Shown here one piece after another: positions 28,905 through 37,312 of a DNA stretch of 64,000 nucleotides. A program made the position numbers and the translations under genes. Source of the stretch: an uncultured Planctomycetales bacterium (lineage in GTDB: Bacteria; Omnitrophota; Gorgyraeia; Zapsychrales; JAHFFX01); contig CAYJRN010000001.1 of NCBI GenBank assembly GCA_964372915.1, positions 36,305 through 100,304 on the forward strand, in the 5' to 3' direction. Every line of letters starts with the position of its first letter. Position 1 is the first letter of the stretch. The notes beneath the pieces were generated by a model. It saw nothing but the letters and a program-made list of their open reading frames with translations, was not told the DNA's origin and ran no database searches.

Positions 28905-30158
28905 GTGGCAAAATTCTCATACGTCGCCAAAGATTCAAACGGCAATACAATCACCGAAGTAACCGAAGCCTCCGACCAAGAGGCGCTCATTGAACAACTA
29001 CAAACGCGAGGATATTTTATTGTCAGTATCCAAGCGGCTGCCCAGTCTGCCAAAGCCGCCTCAAAAGAAAAAGAAACAGAAAAAATTGTTCCTCAAAAAA
29101 ATAGAGGAACTTTCACTCATAACAATATCCTTCTTGAGGACCTGCTGGTTTTTGGACGGCAACTGGCCACCATGCTTGAATCCGGCGTGACTCTTTTGCG
29201 AAGCCTGGACGTTATCGCTTCTCAAGTGGAAAGCAAACAATTTTCAAAAGTCTTAAATGAAGTTAAAAGTGATGTTGAGGGGGGGGCGGCCTTAAGCGCC
29301 GCGCTCGCCAAACACCCTAAAGTTTTTAACAAATTCTGGGTAAGCTTGGTGGAAGTAGGAGAGGCCTCCGGGACCATGCCGCTGGTTTTGGAGAAACTCG
29401 CCTTTTATTTGGAACAACAGGAAGCGTTCAATTCAACCATTATTTCAGCCATCATCTATCCCGCGATCCTTTTTGTTGTAGCAATTGGGGCCATTGCCTT
29501 TTTCGCCTTTTTCGTAGGGCCTCGCTTCGAAGCCATCTTCAAATCCTTCGGCGTCAAGTTGCCCTTCATTACCGTGGCGCTCCTTACCACCTTTAATTTC
29601 ATCAAAAATTATTTCTTATATTTAGTCGTTGGAATAGCCGTTATGGTCTTTATATTCAAAAAAATCCTCAACACCCCTAAGGGAAGACTGTATTTTGAAC
29701 GGTTCTGCTTCGGGATGCCGCAATTCGGTAGGGTTTTTAAACTCATCATCGTTGAACGTTTCGCTTCCCAGATGTCCATCCTTGTTGACAGCGGCGTTCC
29801 CATCCTTTACGCCCTTGACATCACCCAGCGTCTGGTCAATAACAAGACCTGTGAACTCATCGTCGGAGATATTAAAGAAGCCGTGCGTGAAGGGGAACTT
29901 TTGGTGGCCCCTATGCAAAAAAGTGAATTTTTTCCTCCGATGGCCATTCAAATGATTATGGTGGGCGAGGAAACCGGGGAACTGAGCAAAATGCTCAAGC
30001 ATGTCTCCGCCTTTTATCAGCGTCAAGTGGAAGCCTTCATGAAACGGTTTGCCACGATGATAGAGCCGTTCATGCTGGTTTTTATGGGCGCGATTATCGG
30101 TGTCATCCTTGTGGCTATGTTTCTGCCGATGTTCAATTTGAGCCAGTTGGGCCGTTAG
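28905..30158 (+). CDS. pilC: type IV pilus inner-membrane platform protein PilC/GspF
   Basis: Two GspF repeats and the conserved ..EAFMKRFATMIEPFMLVFMG.. C-terminus. Confidence 0.9.
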   Translation: MAKFSYVAKDSNGNTITEVTEASDQEALIEQLQTRGYFIVSIQAAAQSAKAASKEKETEKIVPQKNRGTFTHNNILLEDLLVFGRQLATMLESGVTLLRSLDVIASQVESKQFSKVLNEVKSDVEGGAALSAALAKHPKVFNKFWVSLVEVGEASGTMPLVLEKLAFYLEQQEAFNSTIISAIIYPAILFVVAIGAIAFFAFFVGPRFEAIFKSFGVKLPFITVALLTTFNFIKNYFLYLVVGIAVMVFIFKKILNTPKGRLYFERFCFGMPQFGRVFKLIIVERFASQMSILVDSGVPILYALDITQRLVNNKTCELIVGDIKEAVREGELLVAPMQKSEFFPPMAIQMIMVGEETGELSKMLKHVSAFYQRQVEAFMKRFATMIEPFMLVFMGAIIGVILVAMFLPMFNLSQLGR

Positions 30159-30225
30159 TTGAAGTTAAAAATTTCCTAACCGCTTCATTGCCTTAGGTTA
30201 AAGAAAATCTAAATATCTTTTGCAT

Positions 30226-30254
30226 CGGGAAAAAAACCTATTATAATTGAAGTA
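30226..30254 (+). promoter_or_regulatory. candidate sigma70-type promoter for the pilin genes
   Basis: TTGCAT-16 nt-TATAAT lies about 100 nt upstream of the first pilin ATG. Confidence 0.35.
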
Positions 30255-30358
30255 GAGCAGATAGAAAGGAGGGATGTGCGCACATAAAACACAAAAGAGC
30301 GGGAATTAAACTTTGTTCAAAAAATAACTATAAATTATATAAGCCTTTAGGAGAAAAA

Positions 30359-30775
30359 ATGAGAAAAACAAACAGAAGTGGTTTTACGTTACTAGAAATC
30401 ATTGTTGTTATTATCATCGTGGGTGTTTTGGCCAGTTTGGCCTTGCCCAGATTCTTCTCAACCGTTGAATATTCTAAGGCGACGGAAGCCATGGTGTCTA
30501 TGGTGACAATCCGCCAATCCATCGAGCGATGCTATTTGATGAGAAATAGCTACGCCGCTCCTTGCAATAACTTCAACAACCTGGACGTGGAAAACCCCGG
30601 GAACTCGCCGAACAACCACTTCACTTATGCCATCGGAAGTGCTGCTGGGGCCTACACGATCACAGCCACTCGCAACACTCGTAACGGCGGTGATAACACA
30701 AGTTTGATCCAGGTCACCTTCAACGGAACCACGATCACAAAATCCGGTACGGGTACGTTTGGCGCGGTTCAGTAA
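30359..30775 (+). CDS. pilA: type IV pilin (prepilin with G|FTLLE leader cleavage motif)
   Basis: MRKTNRSG|FTLLEIIVVIIIVGVLASLALP.. Class III signal peptide with a conserved hydrophobic N-helix. Confidence 0.8.
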   Translation: MRKTNRSGFTLLEIIVVIIIVGVLASLALPRFFSTVEYSKATEAMVSMVTIRQSIERCYLMRNSYAAPCNNFNNLDVENPGNSPNNHFTYAIGSAAGAYTITATRNTRNGGDNTSLIQVTFNGTTITKSGTGTFGAVQ

Positions 30776-31175
30776 AAACGGTTTTACCTTACTGGAAGTC
30801 ATTGTCGTTATTATCATCGTTGGTGTCTTGGCCAGTTTAGCGCTGCCCAGATTCTTCTCAACCGTTGAATATTCTAAGGCAACGGAAGCCATGCAGACTC
30901 TAGGCATCGTCCGCCAATCCATCGAGCGATGCTATTTGACGACATCTACCTACGCCGCTCCTTGCGATAACTTCAACAGTCTGGACGTGGAAAACCCGAG
31001 CAACTCGCCGAACAACCACTTCACTTATGCCATCGGAAGCGCTGCTGGGACCTACGCGATCGTAGCCCTTCGCAACACTCGTGACGGCGGTGATGGCACA
31101 AGCTTGATCATGCTCACCTTCAACGGGGCCACGGTCACAAAATCCGGTACGGGGGTATTTGGCGCAGTTAAATAG
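30759..31175 (+). CDS. type IV pilin, tandem near-identical paralog (TTG start overlapping upstream pilin stop)
   Basis: (M)ARFSKNG|FTLLEVIVVIIIVGVLASLALPRFFSTVEYSKATEAM.. About 85% identical to the upstream pilin and offset by exactly 400 bp. No in-frame ATG exists before the cleavage motif. Confidence 0.65.
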   Translation: MARFSKNGFTLLEVIVVIIIVGVLASLALPRFFSTVEYSKATEAMQTLGIVRQSIERCYLTTSTYAAPCDNFNSLDVENPSNSPNNHFTYAIGSAAGTYAIVALRNTRDGGDGTSLIMLTFNGATVTKSGTGVFGAVK

Positions 31176-31244
31176 GAACTCATATAGTCGCTACCTATCT
31201 TGGTCGTTCCTTAAACGGCTAAGAATGAAAAGAATTATGAAGAT

Positions 31245-31667
31245 ATGAAGACCTTAAAAAATAAAAGCGGTTTTACCCTCATCGAAACCATTGTGACAAT
31301 CATTATCATAGGAGCTCTGGCGGCTTTAGCTTTACCGCGTTACCAATCTGCCATTGAATCCATGCGATCCCGTGAAGGAGTGAGTCTTTTGACTAGTCTT
31401 CTGGCGGCACAAAAAAGATATGCCTTGGAAAACGGGGGAGTTTACACAAACGATATCAACAGTTTGGATATCACTCTGCCGCCCCCAAAATATTTTAATA
31501 ATATCGGAACCGGAAGCTCAATCCTTGCTACCAGCGACCCTATCACAATCCTTCAGCGCAACAACACGGAAGCCAATTATGGAAACTATGAACTCTCGGT
31601 TACGGCGGCAGGAGCTATTTCCTGCTCCGGAGGATCAGGAGGTATATGCCAAAAAATCGGATACTGA
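31245..31667 (+). CDS. type IV pilin-like protein
   Basis: MKTLKNKSG|FTLIETIVTIIIIGALAALALP.. Confidence 0.7.
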   Translation: MKTLKNKSGFTLIETIVTIIIIGALAALALPRYQSAIESMRSREGVSLLTSLLAAQKRYALENGGVYTNDINSLDITLPPPKYFNNIGTGSSILATSDPITILQRNNTEANYGNYELSVTAAGAISCSGGSGGICQKIGY

Positions 31668-32071
31668 GTTTACAAACTTCCGCAAAAAACGGATTTACCC
31701 TCGTAGAAATGATGGTGGTGGTTGTTATTATCGCCATCATTGCGGGCTTTGCTATTCCTAATTACCAAAAATCCGTGGAGCGTGCCCACTTGAAAACAGC
31801 CATTTTAAATCTCACCGCTGTTCACGGGGCTCAACAAATTTACCGCGCCCAAAATAACACGTATTGGGGAACCGGGAACGTATCGGCCATCAATTCCAAC
31901 CTGGGGTTGAATATCATCGAAAACGGCATGACCTATACCTCCACCCTTGGAGGAGTAAATTTCACGGTCACCGCCGTCCGCGGGGGTCCTTCCGGCGCAT
32001 TCACTGTTACCGTGATAAACTCAATGCCGCTCTCGACCAGCAATCCGGGATGCACAGGGACCTGTCCTTAA
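31646..32071 (+). CDS. type IV pilin-like protein
   Basis: ..AKNG|FTLVEMMVVVVIIAIIAGFAIP.. The ATG at 31646 gives an unusually long leader, so the start is uncertain. Confidence 0.6.
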   Translation: MPKNRILSLQTSAKNGFTLVEMMVVVVIIAIIAGFAIPNYQKSVERAHLKTAILNLTAVHGAQQIYRAQNNTYWGTGNVSAINSNLGLNIIENGMTYTSTLGGVNFTVTAVRGGPSGAFTVTVINSMPLSTSNPGCTGTCP

Positions 32072-32110
32072 ATCTCATATAAAAAAAAGGAGAGCTGACC
32101 CGCGATCCTC

Positions 32111-32482
32111 ATGACTCATGTAAAAACACAAAAAGCTTTTACTATCGTGGAAGTTCTGGTGGCGGCGGTCATCTTCAGCATAACGGTCTTAGGGGTTTTC
32201 TCTACGATCGCGGCCATTCGCAAACCCGCTGCCGTATCGGAACGAACGCTGGTGGCGGCCTATTATGGCCGCCAGGTTCTGGAAGACCTTCGCGCCAAAA
32301 TTGATAAGAGGGATTGGAATACCGGATTGCTCAGTACCGGTACGCACAATTACGGTACGGCCATCATTCACGGCGTCAGTTATGCCGCAAGCTATCTTGT
32401 TGAGAATGCCCCCGAGGCCACTTTGCCGGCGGGGGGTTTAAGAAAAGTCACCTTAACCATCACCTGGACGGAATTGCCTTAG
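32111..32482 (+). CDS. minor pilin / pseudopilin (PilV/GspI-like)
   Basis: MTHVKTQKA|FTIVEVLVAAVIFSI.. prepilin-type N-terminus. Confidence 0.5.
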   Translation: MTHVKTQKAFTIVEVLVAAVIFSITVLGVFSTIAAIRKPAAVSERTLVAAYYGRQVLEDLRAKIDKRDWNTGLLSTGTHNYGTAIIHGVSYAASYLVENAPEATLPAGGLRKVTLTITWTELP

Positions 32483-32483
32483 C

Positions 32484-33125
32484 ATGACGATCTTTAAAAA
32501 AATAAGCCATTGGGGCGTCGGAGCCATGACGCTCACGGAACTTTTGGTCTCGGTCGTTCTGATAGGTATTGTGATGTTGGGGATGGTCTCTATCGACTAT
32601 GCCACCAAGCAATCCCAGCAAACAACCACACGCTTGGGGTTAGTGGCTATACGAACGGGTGCCATGATGCTGAATATCAGCAAAGCGCTGTCTTTAGCCA
32701 CAGGCGATAAGACTAACGTGGGAATTAAAGCTAGCGCCGCCGCCAGCCCTTTTAATGGTCCGACCGATTTATGCGTTCGGCAAGACTTGAATGGCCTAGA
32801 AACGCCCAACAACACTCCCAATGACCTGACAGATGACACGTGGCGATGTTATACAACGTTCCTTAGACAACTCTTTGCGTGTCGACTTCCTGCTGCCAAC
32901 GCTTGTGCTACTATCCTGCTTCCTAATACTAATTATGTAGGCCCTCTGTACAGCCTGACGGTGAGTGTCGTGACCAACACAACCGTCGGCACTGAAAGTT
33001 TTTATGTCGAAATAACCCTTACCAATAGATATACACCAACCGCGGCAACAGATCCTTTGAATAATCCTGATTACATTCTCCAATCCCGCGTTTATCCGGG
33101 GGCCCATAGCTGGTCAATTCCCTAA
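32484..33125 (+). CDS. minor pilin / pseudopilin (PilW/FimT-like)
   Basis: ..GA|MTLTELLVSVVLIGIVMLG.. Prepilin-type N-terminus with Met at +1 and Glu at +5. Confidence 0.45.
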   Translation: MTIFKKISHWGVGAMTLTELLVSVVLIGIVMLGMVSIDYATKQSQQTTTRLGLVAIRTGAMMLNISKALSLATGDKTNVGIKASAAASPFNGPTDLCVRQDLNGLETPNNTPNDLTDDTWRCYTTFLRQLFACRLPAANACATILLPNTNYVGPLYSLTVSVVTNTTVGTESFYVEITLTNRYTPTAATDPLNNPDYILQSRVYPGAHSWSIP

Positions 33126-33148
33126 ATAACTTTGAGCCGATTCAGCGC

Positions 33149-33180
33149 GGGCCGATAGCTCAGTTTGGGAGAGCGCCTGA
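33149..33180 (+). tRNA. 5' half of an interrupted Ala-like tRNA (acceptor 5' strand, D-arm, 5' side of anticodon stem)
   Basis: GGGCCGA-TA-GCTC-AGTTTGGGA-GAGC-G-CCTGA. Its acceptor 5' strand pairs perfectly (including G3:U70) with the 3' half at 33409-33443, not with the intact tRNA in between. Confidence 0.55.
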
Positions 33181-33262
33181 GAAAGCAAGCAGCACCAAAT
33201 TTCCTTTAAAAGACATCGCGGTATTTGGTGCCGCACTGACTCTTTCTGAAATAAATAACCTT

Positions 33263-33336
33263 GGGTCGGTAGCTCAGTTTGGGAGAGCGCCTGCTCCGCA
33301 AGCAGGAGGTCGGGGGTTCGATCCCCCCCCGATCCA
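33263..33336 (+). tRNA. complete tRNA, Ala-like (G3:U70 pair), apparent anticodon CGC
   Basis: GGGTCGG TA GCTC AGTTTGGGA GAGC G CCTGC TCCGCAA GCAGG AGGTC GGGGG TTCGATC CCCCC CCGATCC A. The cloverleaf is canonical, with an unusual C at position 33. CCA is not encoded. Confidence 0.8.
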
Positions 33337-33408
33337 TGAAATATTTTTCCAACAGAAAGATTTGGTGCAGTACTGACAACCTCCATATATTTTTTAAGGA
33401 AAGTCAGT

Positions 33409-33443
33409 GCAGGAGGTCGGGGGTTCGATCCCCCCTCGGTCCA
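33409..33443 (+). tRNA. 3' half of the interrupted Ala-like tRNA (3' anticodon stem, variable loop, T-arm, acceptor 3' strand)
   Basis: GCAGG-AGGTC-GGGGG-TTCGATC-CCCCC-TCGGTCC-A. Compensatory changes relative to the intact tRNA (C4:G69, A7:U66) match the 5' half at 33149-33180. Confidence 0.55.
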
Positions 33444-33491
33444 TTTAAGTTACCCAGAGACCCAGGAACCCAGAAACCAGTTTTTTAAAAA

Positions 33492-34232
33492 ATGCACCGT
33501 TTCTTCTGCGGACATAGTAACATCCAAAAAAACTCGTCGATTGAGCTGACCGACCCGAAAGAAATCCATCATCTCAAAAATGTTCTTCGGCTTAAAAAAG
33601 ACGACCAGGTGGTTGTCTTTAATACTGACGGAAGGGAGGCGGTCGGGAGCATTCTTTCCTTAAGTCCTCATGCGGTTCTCATCCGTGTCGATTATTTAAG
33701 GCCGTCAATTCCTCACAAAACAACCCGGGTGATTTTGGCCTGCGCCATCCCGAAAAAATCAAAATTTGAAACGATTATTGAGAAGACGACGGAATTAGGC
33801 GTGGATGAAATTATCCCACTTTTGACACAACGCACGATTGTGAATCTTAAAGGGGACCAAGCGATAAGAAAAAGCTGGCGCTACCAAACCATTGCCACCA
33901 ATGCCGCCAAACAATGTGGACGCCGCGACGTTCCTCATATTCATCCCGCGACCAAATTCTCCGATATACTCAAATCCATAGACTCCACGACCACCGGCTT
34001 TATTCCCAATCTTTCTCAAAAAGGTCAGAACATCGTTAAAGAAATACAATCGGTCCGGCAACCTAAGAAAGTCATATTCTTAATCGGCCCCGAAGGCGAT
34101 TTCACGCCGGAGGAAACCGCTGCCGCGATGAAGGTGGGCCTTATACCGGTATCGCTCGGCCCCCTGGTGCTCAAGGTGGACACCGCCGCCATTGCGGTCA
34201 TAAGTCTGGCCAATCTTTTCTTCAACCAATGA
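33492..34232 (+). CDS. rsmE: 16S rRNA (uracil1498-N3)-methyltransferase
   Basis: PUA-like N-domain followed by a SPOUT C-domain (..IFLIGPEGDFTPEE..). Confidence 0.8.
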   Translation: MHRFFCGHSNIQKNSSIELTDPKEIHHLKNVLRLKKDDQVVVFNTDGREAVGSILSLSPHAVLIRVDYLRPSIPHKTTRVILACAIPKKSKFETIIEKTTELGVDEIIPLLTQRTIVNLKGDQAIRKSWRYQTIATNAAKQCGRRDVPHIHPATKFSDILKSIDSTTTGFIPNLSQKGQNIVKEIQSVRQPKKVIFLIGPEGDFTPEETAAAMKVGLIPVSLGPLVLKVDTAAIAVISLANLFFNQ

Positions 34233-36034
34233 TGAAAAAACTTTCTCTCATTCAATGGTCCTGGCCTTTAAGGATTTTTCTTTTAGCTTTGGGTTTACGC
34301 CTCGTTTATCTTTGGGCTCTCAAACATTTTTATTTCTTTTATGACCATCCCAGCAGCGATGTAACCTATTACCAGCGTTGGGCAGAAGAAATTCTCATCG
34401 GAGCAAAAGCTCCAAATGTTTATTACGGCCTGCCGTTTTATCCTTACCTCTTGGCCTTCCTTAAATTATTCACCCTCGGAAATGTTTTGGCCTTAAGATT
34501 TTTTCACCTGGTCATTGGAAGCGTCAACTGCGTCCTTACCTATTTCGTGGCCCGCAAAATATTTGAAGAAAGGGTTGCGAAACTCTCAGCGCTGCTATGC
34601 GCCGCCAATTTTATTCTCATTCATTACGACGGACTGATGATGCCGGTGACCTTCATCATCACCTTGAGCCTTTCAATCATCCTTCTTTATGAGTATTTGG
34701 AACACCGAAAGAAAAAAAGGGAGTGGTTCATTTTGGGGATTCTCATCGGCCTGGGAGCACTCGGTGACGGAAAATTTATTTTATTAACGGCATTCTTGAT
34801 CTTTTATCTTTTAAAAACATTCAAGAAAGAACTTACGCTCATCAAGCCGCGCGTCGTTTATCCGCTCATCCTGGGTGTCTTCATGGTTCTCTTTGTCACG
34901 ACGCTGCGCAATCGCGTCATCGGAGGGGACTGGGTTTTGGTCAGCGCCCAAGAGGGCTTAAGTTTTTATGTCGGCAACAACCCTAAAGCGACCGGGACCT
35001 TTGAGAACCCCGACTTCATCCGGCCGACCCACGAAGGACAAGATATGGATCAGAGGATCATGGCCGAACAGACCTTGAAGCGCTCCTTTTTAAAACCTTC
35101 TCAAGTTTCCGCCTTCTGGCGTAACCAAGCCCTGCAATTCATTTGGAATTCTCCGCGACAATATCTAACCCTTCTTAAAAATAAATTCCTGGCCTTTTGG
35201 TCGGACGATGAGGCGGCGTATGATCTTGATCTTTTGTTTCAAAGAAACTGGAAACACCTTCTGGATATCAATCCTTATATTCTCATCGCCCCGTTAGGCC
35301 TCATCGGAATCATTTTCACCCGACGGGAAAATAAAAAAACAGCCTTACCGTTTTATTTCATCTTAAGCCAGCTTGTCTTCACGCTTATTTTCTTTCTCAC
35401 CCATCGCCACCGGACAACGATTTTGCCGCTTCTCATCATCTTTGAATCCACCACGCTCTTTTGGCTATGGGAGAACATCAAATCCAAGAATTACAAAAAT
35501 CTGATGATCGTGCTGGCGAGTTGTGTGGTCATGCTGATTGTGTTTTGGCCGCGGGCCCTTCAAAGCCAATCGATCGATTTTCTAAAATTTTCCAAAACAG
35601 CAGCTATTCTTGAAAAAGAGGGCAAGCTCAAAGAAGCCCGCGAGCACTATCGCAGCGCCTTAAAAATTTATCCTCAAGACCCCAATCTGTGGGTGAATCT
35701 TGCCAATACCTACGCCAAAGAAGAAAACTATTCTCAAGCCCTCAAGTATTATCTCCGGGCCCTGACACTCGCGCCTTATCATGTCGATGCCCTTTACAAT
35801 CTGGCATTTTCTTACGAAAAACTTGAAGATTTCAAAGCCGCGATTCCCTTATACACCCAAGTGATCCAGCTAGACCCTTCCAGTCACGACGCGCACTTCC
35901 GTTTGGGACTCGTGTATCAGTCCCTCAATCAATGTTCACAGGCCAACCAACACTTGGCAGAAGTTATTCGCCTGATGCCGAGCTTAAAAAACCATATCTC
36001 CAAATTTTTTAAAGACTGCCCAACCCATCATTGA
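34229..36034 (+). CDS. polytopic membrane glycosyltransferase (GT39/ArnT-PMT-like) with C-terminal TPR repeats
   Basis: About 430 aa with multiple TM helices, then TPR repeats (..AREHYRSALKIYPQDPNLWVNLANTYAKEENYSQALKYY..). Confidence 0.55.
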   Translation: MMKKLSLIQWSWPLRIFLLALGLRLVYLWALKHFYFFYDHPSSDVTYYQRWAEEILIGAKAPNVYYGLPFYPYLLAFLKLFTLGNVLALRFFHLVIGSVNCVLTYFVARKIFEERVAKLSALLCAANFILIHYDGLMMPVTFIITLSLSIILLYEYLEHRKKKREWFILGILIGLGALGDGKFILLTAFLIFYLLKTFKKELTLIKPRVVYPLILGVFMVLFVTTLRNRVIGGDWVLVSAQEGLSFYVGNNPKATGTFENPDFIRPTHEGQDMDQRIMAEQTLKRSFLKPSQVSAFWRNQALQFIWNSPRQYLTLLKNKFLAFWSDDEAAYDLDLLFQRNWKHLLDINPYILIAPLGLIGIIFTRRENKKTALPFYFILSQLVFTLIFFLTHRHRTTILPLLIIFESTTLFWLWENIKSKNYKNLMIVLASCVVMLIVFWPRALQSQSIDFLKFSKTAAILEKEGKLKEAREHYRSALKIYPQDPNLWVNLANTYAKEENYSQALKYYLRALTLAPYHVDALYNLAFSYEKLEDFKAAIPLYTQVIQLDPSSHDAHFRLGLVYQSLNQCSQANQHLAEVIRLMPSLKNHISKFFKDCPTHH

Positions 36035-36120
36035 TTCCAGCGGCATTCCTGCCTGATTTTCAATCGGGTTAAGTTATTTATTTACAACAACTTATGGGCC
36101 TCAAAGAACGCATAAAATAT

Positions 36121-36149
36121 TGACAATAGATACCAGCTCATTTATAATA
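36121..36149 (+). promoter_or_regulatory. consensus sigma70-type promoter upstream of recA
   Basis: TTGACA-17 nt-TATAAT, about 130 nt upstream of the recA ATG. Confidence 0.5.
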
Positions 36150-36277
36150 GGCACTTCCTCGAATACTCAATACCGCGTCAAAAAAATTTGACAAAACTCC
36201 CAAGTATTGTACTGTGTTGAGGTTTGTATACAAAAACCATTAACCCTTTAAGACAGACACAACAAGGAGAGACCACG

Positions 36278-37306
36278 ATGGCAGAACACAAAAAAACAGT
36301 AACCGCAATCACGGAATCCGACAGCAAACACAAAGCTTTGGAACTGGCCTTGGCCCAGATTGAAAAACAATTCGGGAAAGGTTCCATCATGAAATTGGAC
36401 AGCAGCGTGAATCTTAACATTGCGGCGATCCCAACGGGATCATTAAGTCTGGATGTCGCGTTGGGGATAGGGGGCGTGCCCAAAGGCCGTATCATTGAAA
36501 TCTATGGTCCGGAATCTTCCGGAAAAACGACTCTAACCTTAAGTGTCATCTCGCAGGTGCAGAAAATGGGCGGGGTCGCGGCTTTTATCGACGCCGAACA
36601 CGCCTTTGATTCCGCTTATGCAAAGACCGTTGGAGTTCAACTGGACGATCTTCTGATTTCTCAACCGGATACCGGCGAACAGGCTTTGGAAATCACCGAA
36701 ACTTTAGTGCGCTCCAGTGCGGTTGATCTTGTCGTCATTGATTCCGTGGCGGCCCTTACTCCCCGGGCCGAGATTGAAGGGGAGATGGGCGATGCCCATA
36801 TGGGTTTGCAGGCGCGTCTCATGTCGCAGGCTCTCAGAAAATTAACCGCCGCCATCAGTAAATCCAAAACTTGCGTTATTTTTATTAACCAGATCCGCAT
36901 GAAAATCGGGGTGATGTTCGGGAATCCCGAAACGACGACCGGAGGCCGGGCGCTTAAGTTTTACGCCTCGGTGCGCATTGATCTTCGCAAAATCGAGTCG
37001 ATTAAAATGGGCGAAGAGTTTGTCGGCAATCGCGTTAAGGCCAAGGTCGTCAAGAACAAGGTGGCGCCGCCTTTCAAGGAGGCCGAATTCGAGATCTTCT
37101 TTAACGAGGGGATTTCCCGCACCAGCGACATCCTGGATTTGGGCGCGAAGACCGAGATCATCCAGAAGAGCGGCTCGTGGCTTTCCTATGAGAACGAAAA
37201 GATCGGACAGGGACGGGAAGCGGCCCGTAAATTCCTGCAGGACAACCCTAAAATCCTGACCAAGATCGAAAAACAAATTCTCGAGAAGATGATGGTTAAA
37301 AAATAA
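36278..37306 (+). CDS. recA: recombinase A
   Basis: ..[10 protein letters not shown].. Walker A, L1/L2 loops and a characteristic C-terminus. The start is chosen at MAEHKK with an AAGGAGAG SD; the track ORF begins at 36224. Confidence 0.95.
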   Translation: MAEHKKTVTAITESDSKHKALELALAQIEKQFGKGSIMKLDSSVNLNIAAIPTGSLSLDVALGIGGVPKGRIIEIYGPESSGKTTLTLSVISQVQKMGGVAAFIDAEHAFDSAYAKTVGVQLDDLLISQPDTGEQALEITETLVRSSAVDLVVIDSVAALTPRAEIEGEMGDAHMGLQARLMSQALRKLTAAISKSKTCVIFINQIRMKIGVMFGNPETTTGGRALKFYASVRIDLRKIESIKMGEEFVGNRVKAKVVKNKVAPPFKEAEFEIFFNEGISRTSDILDLGAKTEIIQKSGSWLSYENEKIGQGREAARKFLQDNPKILTKIEKQILEKMMVKK

Positions 37307-37312
37307 AGGTTT

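Noticed and set aside
30200-30240. Sigma54 (-24/-12) promoter upstream of the major pilin, suggested by TTGCA at about 30226
   Set aside because: There is no GG dinucleotide at the required spacing upstream of the GC. The same TTGCAT fits better as a -35 hexamer, 16 nt from a TATAAT.
33181-33408. Group I self-splicing intron in the interrupted tRNA
   Set aside because: The intervening sequence is only 228 nt and contains a full 74-nt tRNA. The remaining roughly 150 nt are too short for known bacterial tRNA group I introns, and I could not recognise P/Q/R/S core elements. The structure is kept as an open question in the findings rather than called an intron.
36185-36215. LexA/SOS box upstream of recA (TACTGTgttgaggtttGTATACA)
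   Set aside because: It is not palindromic in the CTGT-N8-ACAG sense and does not match other known LexA consensus sequences that I can recall, so it is probably coincidental.
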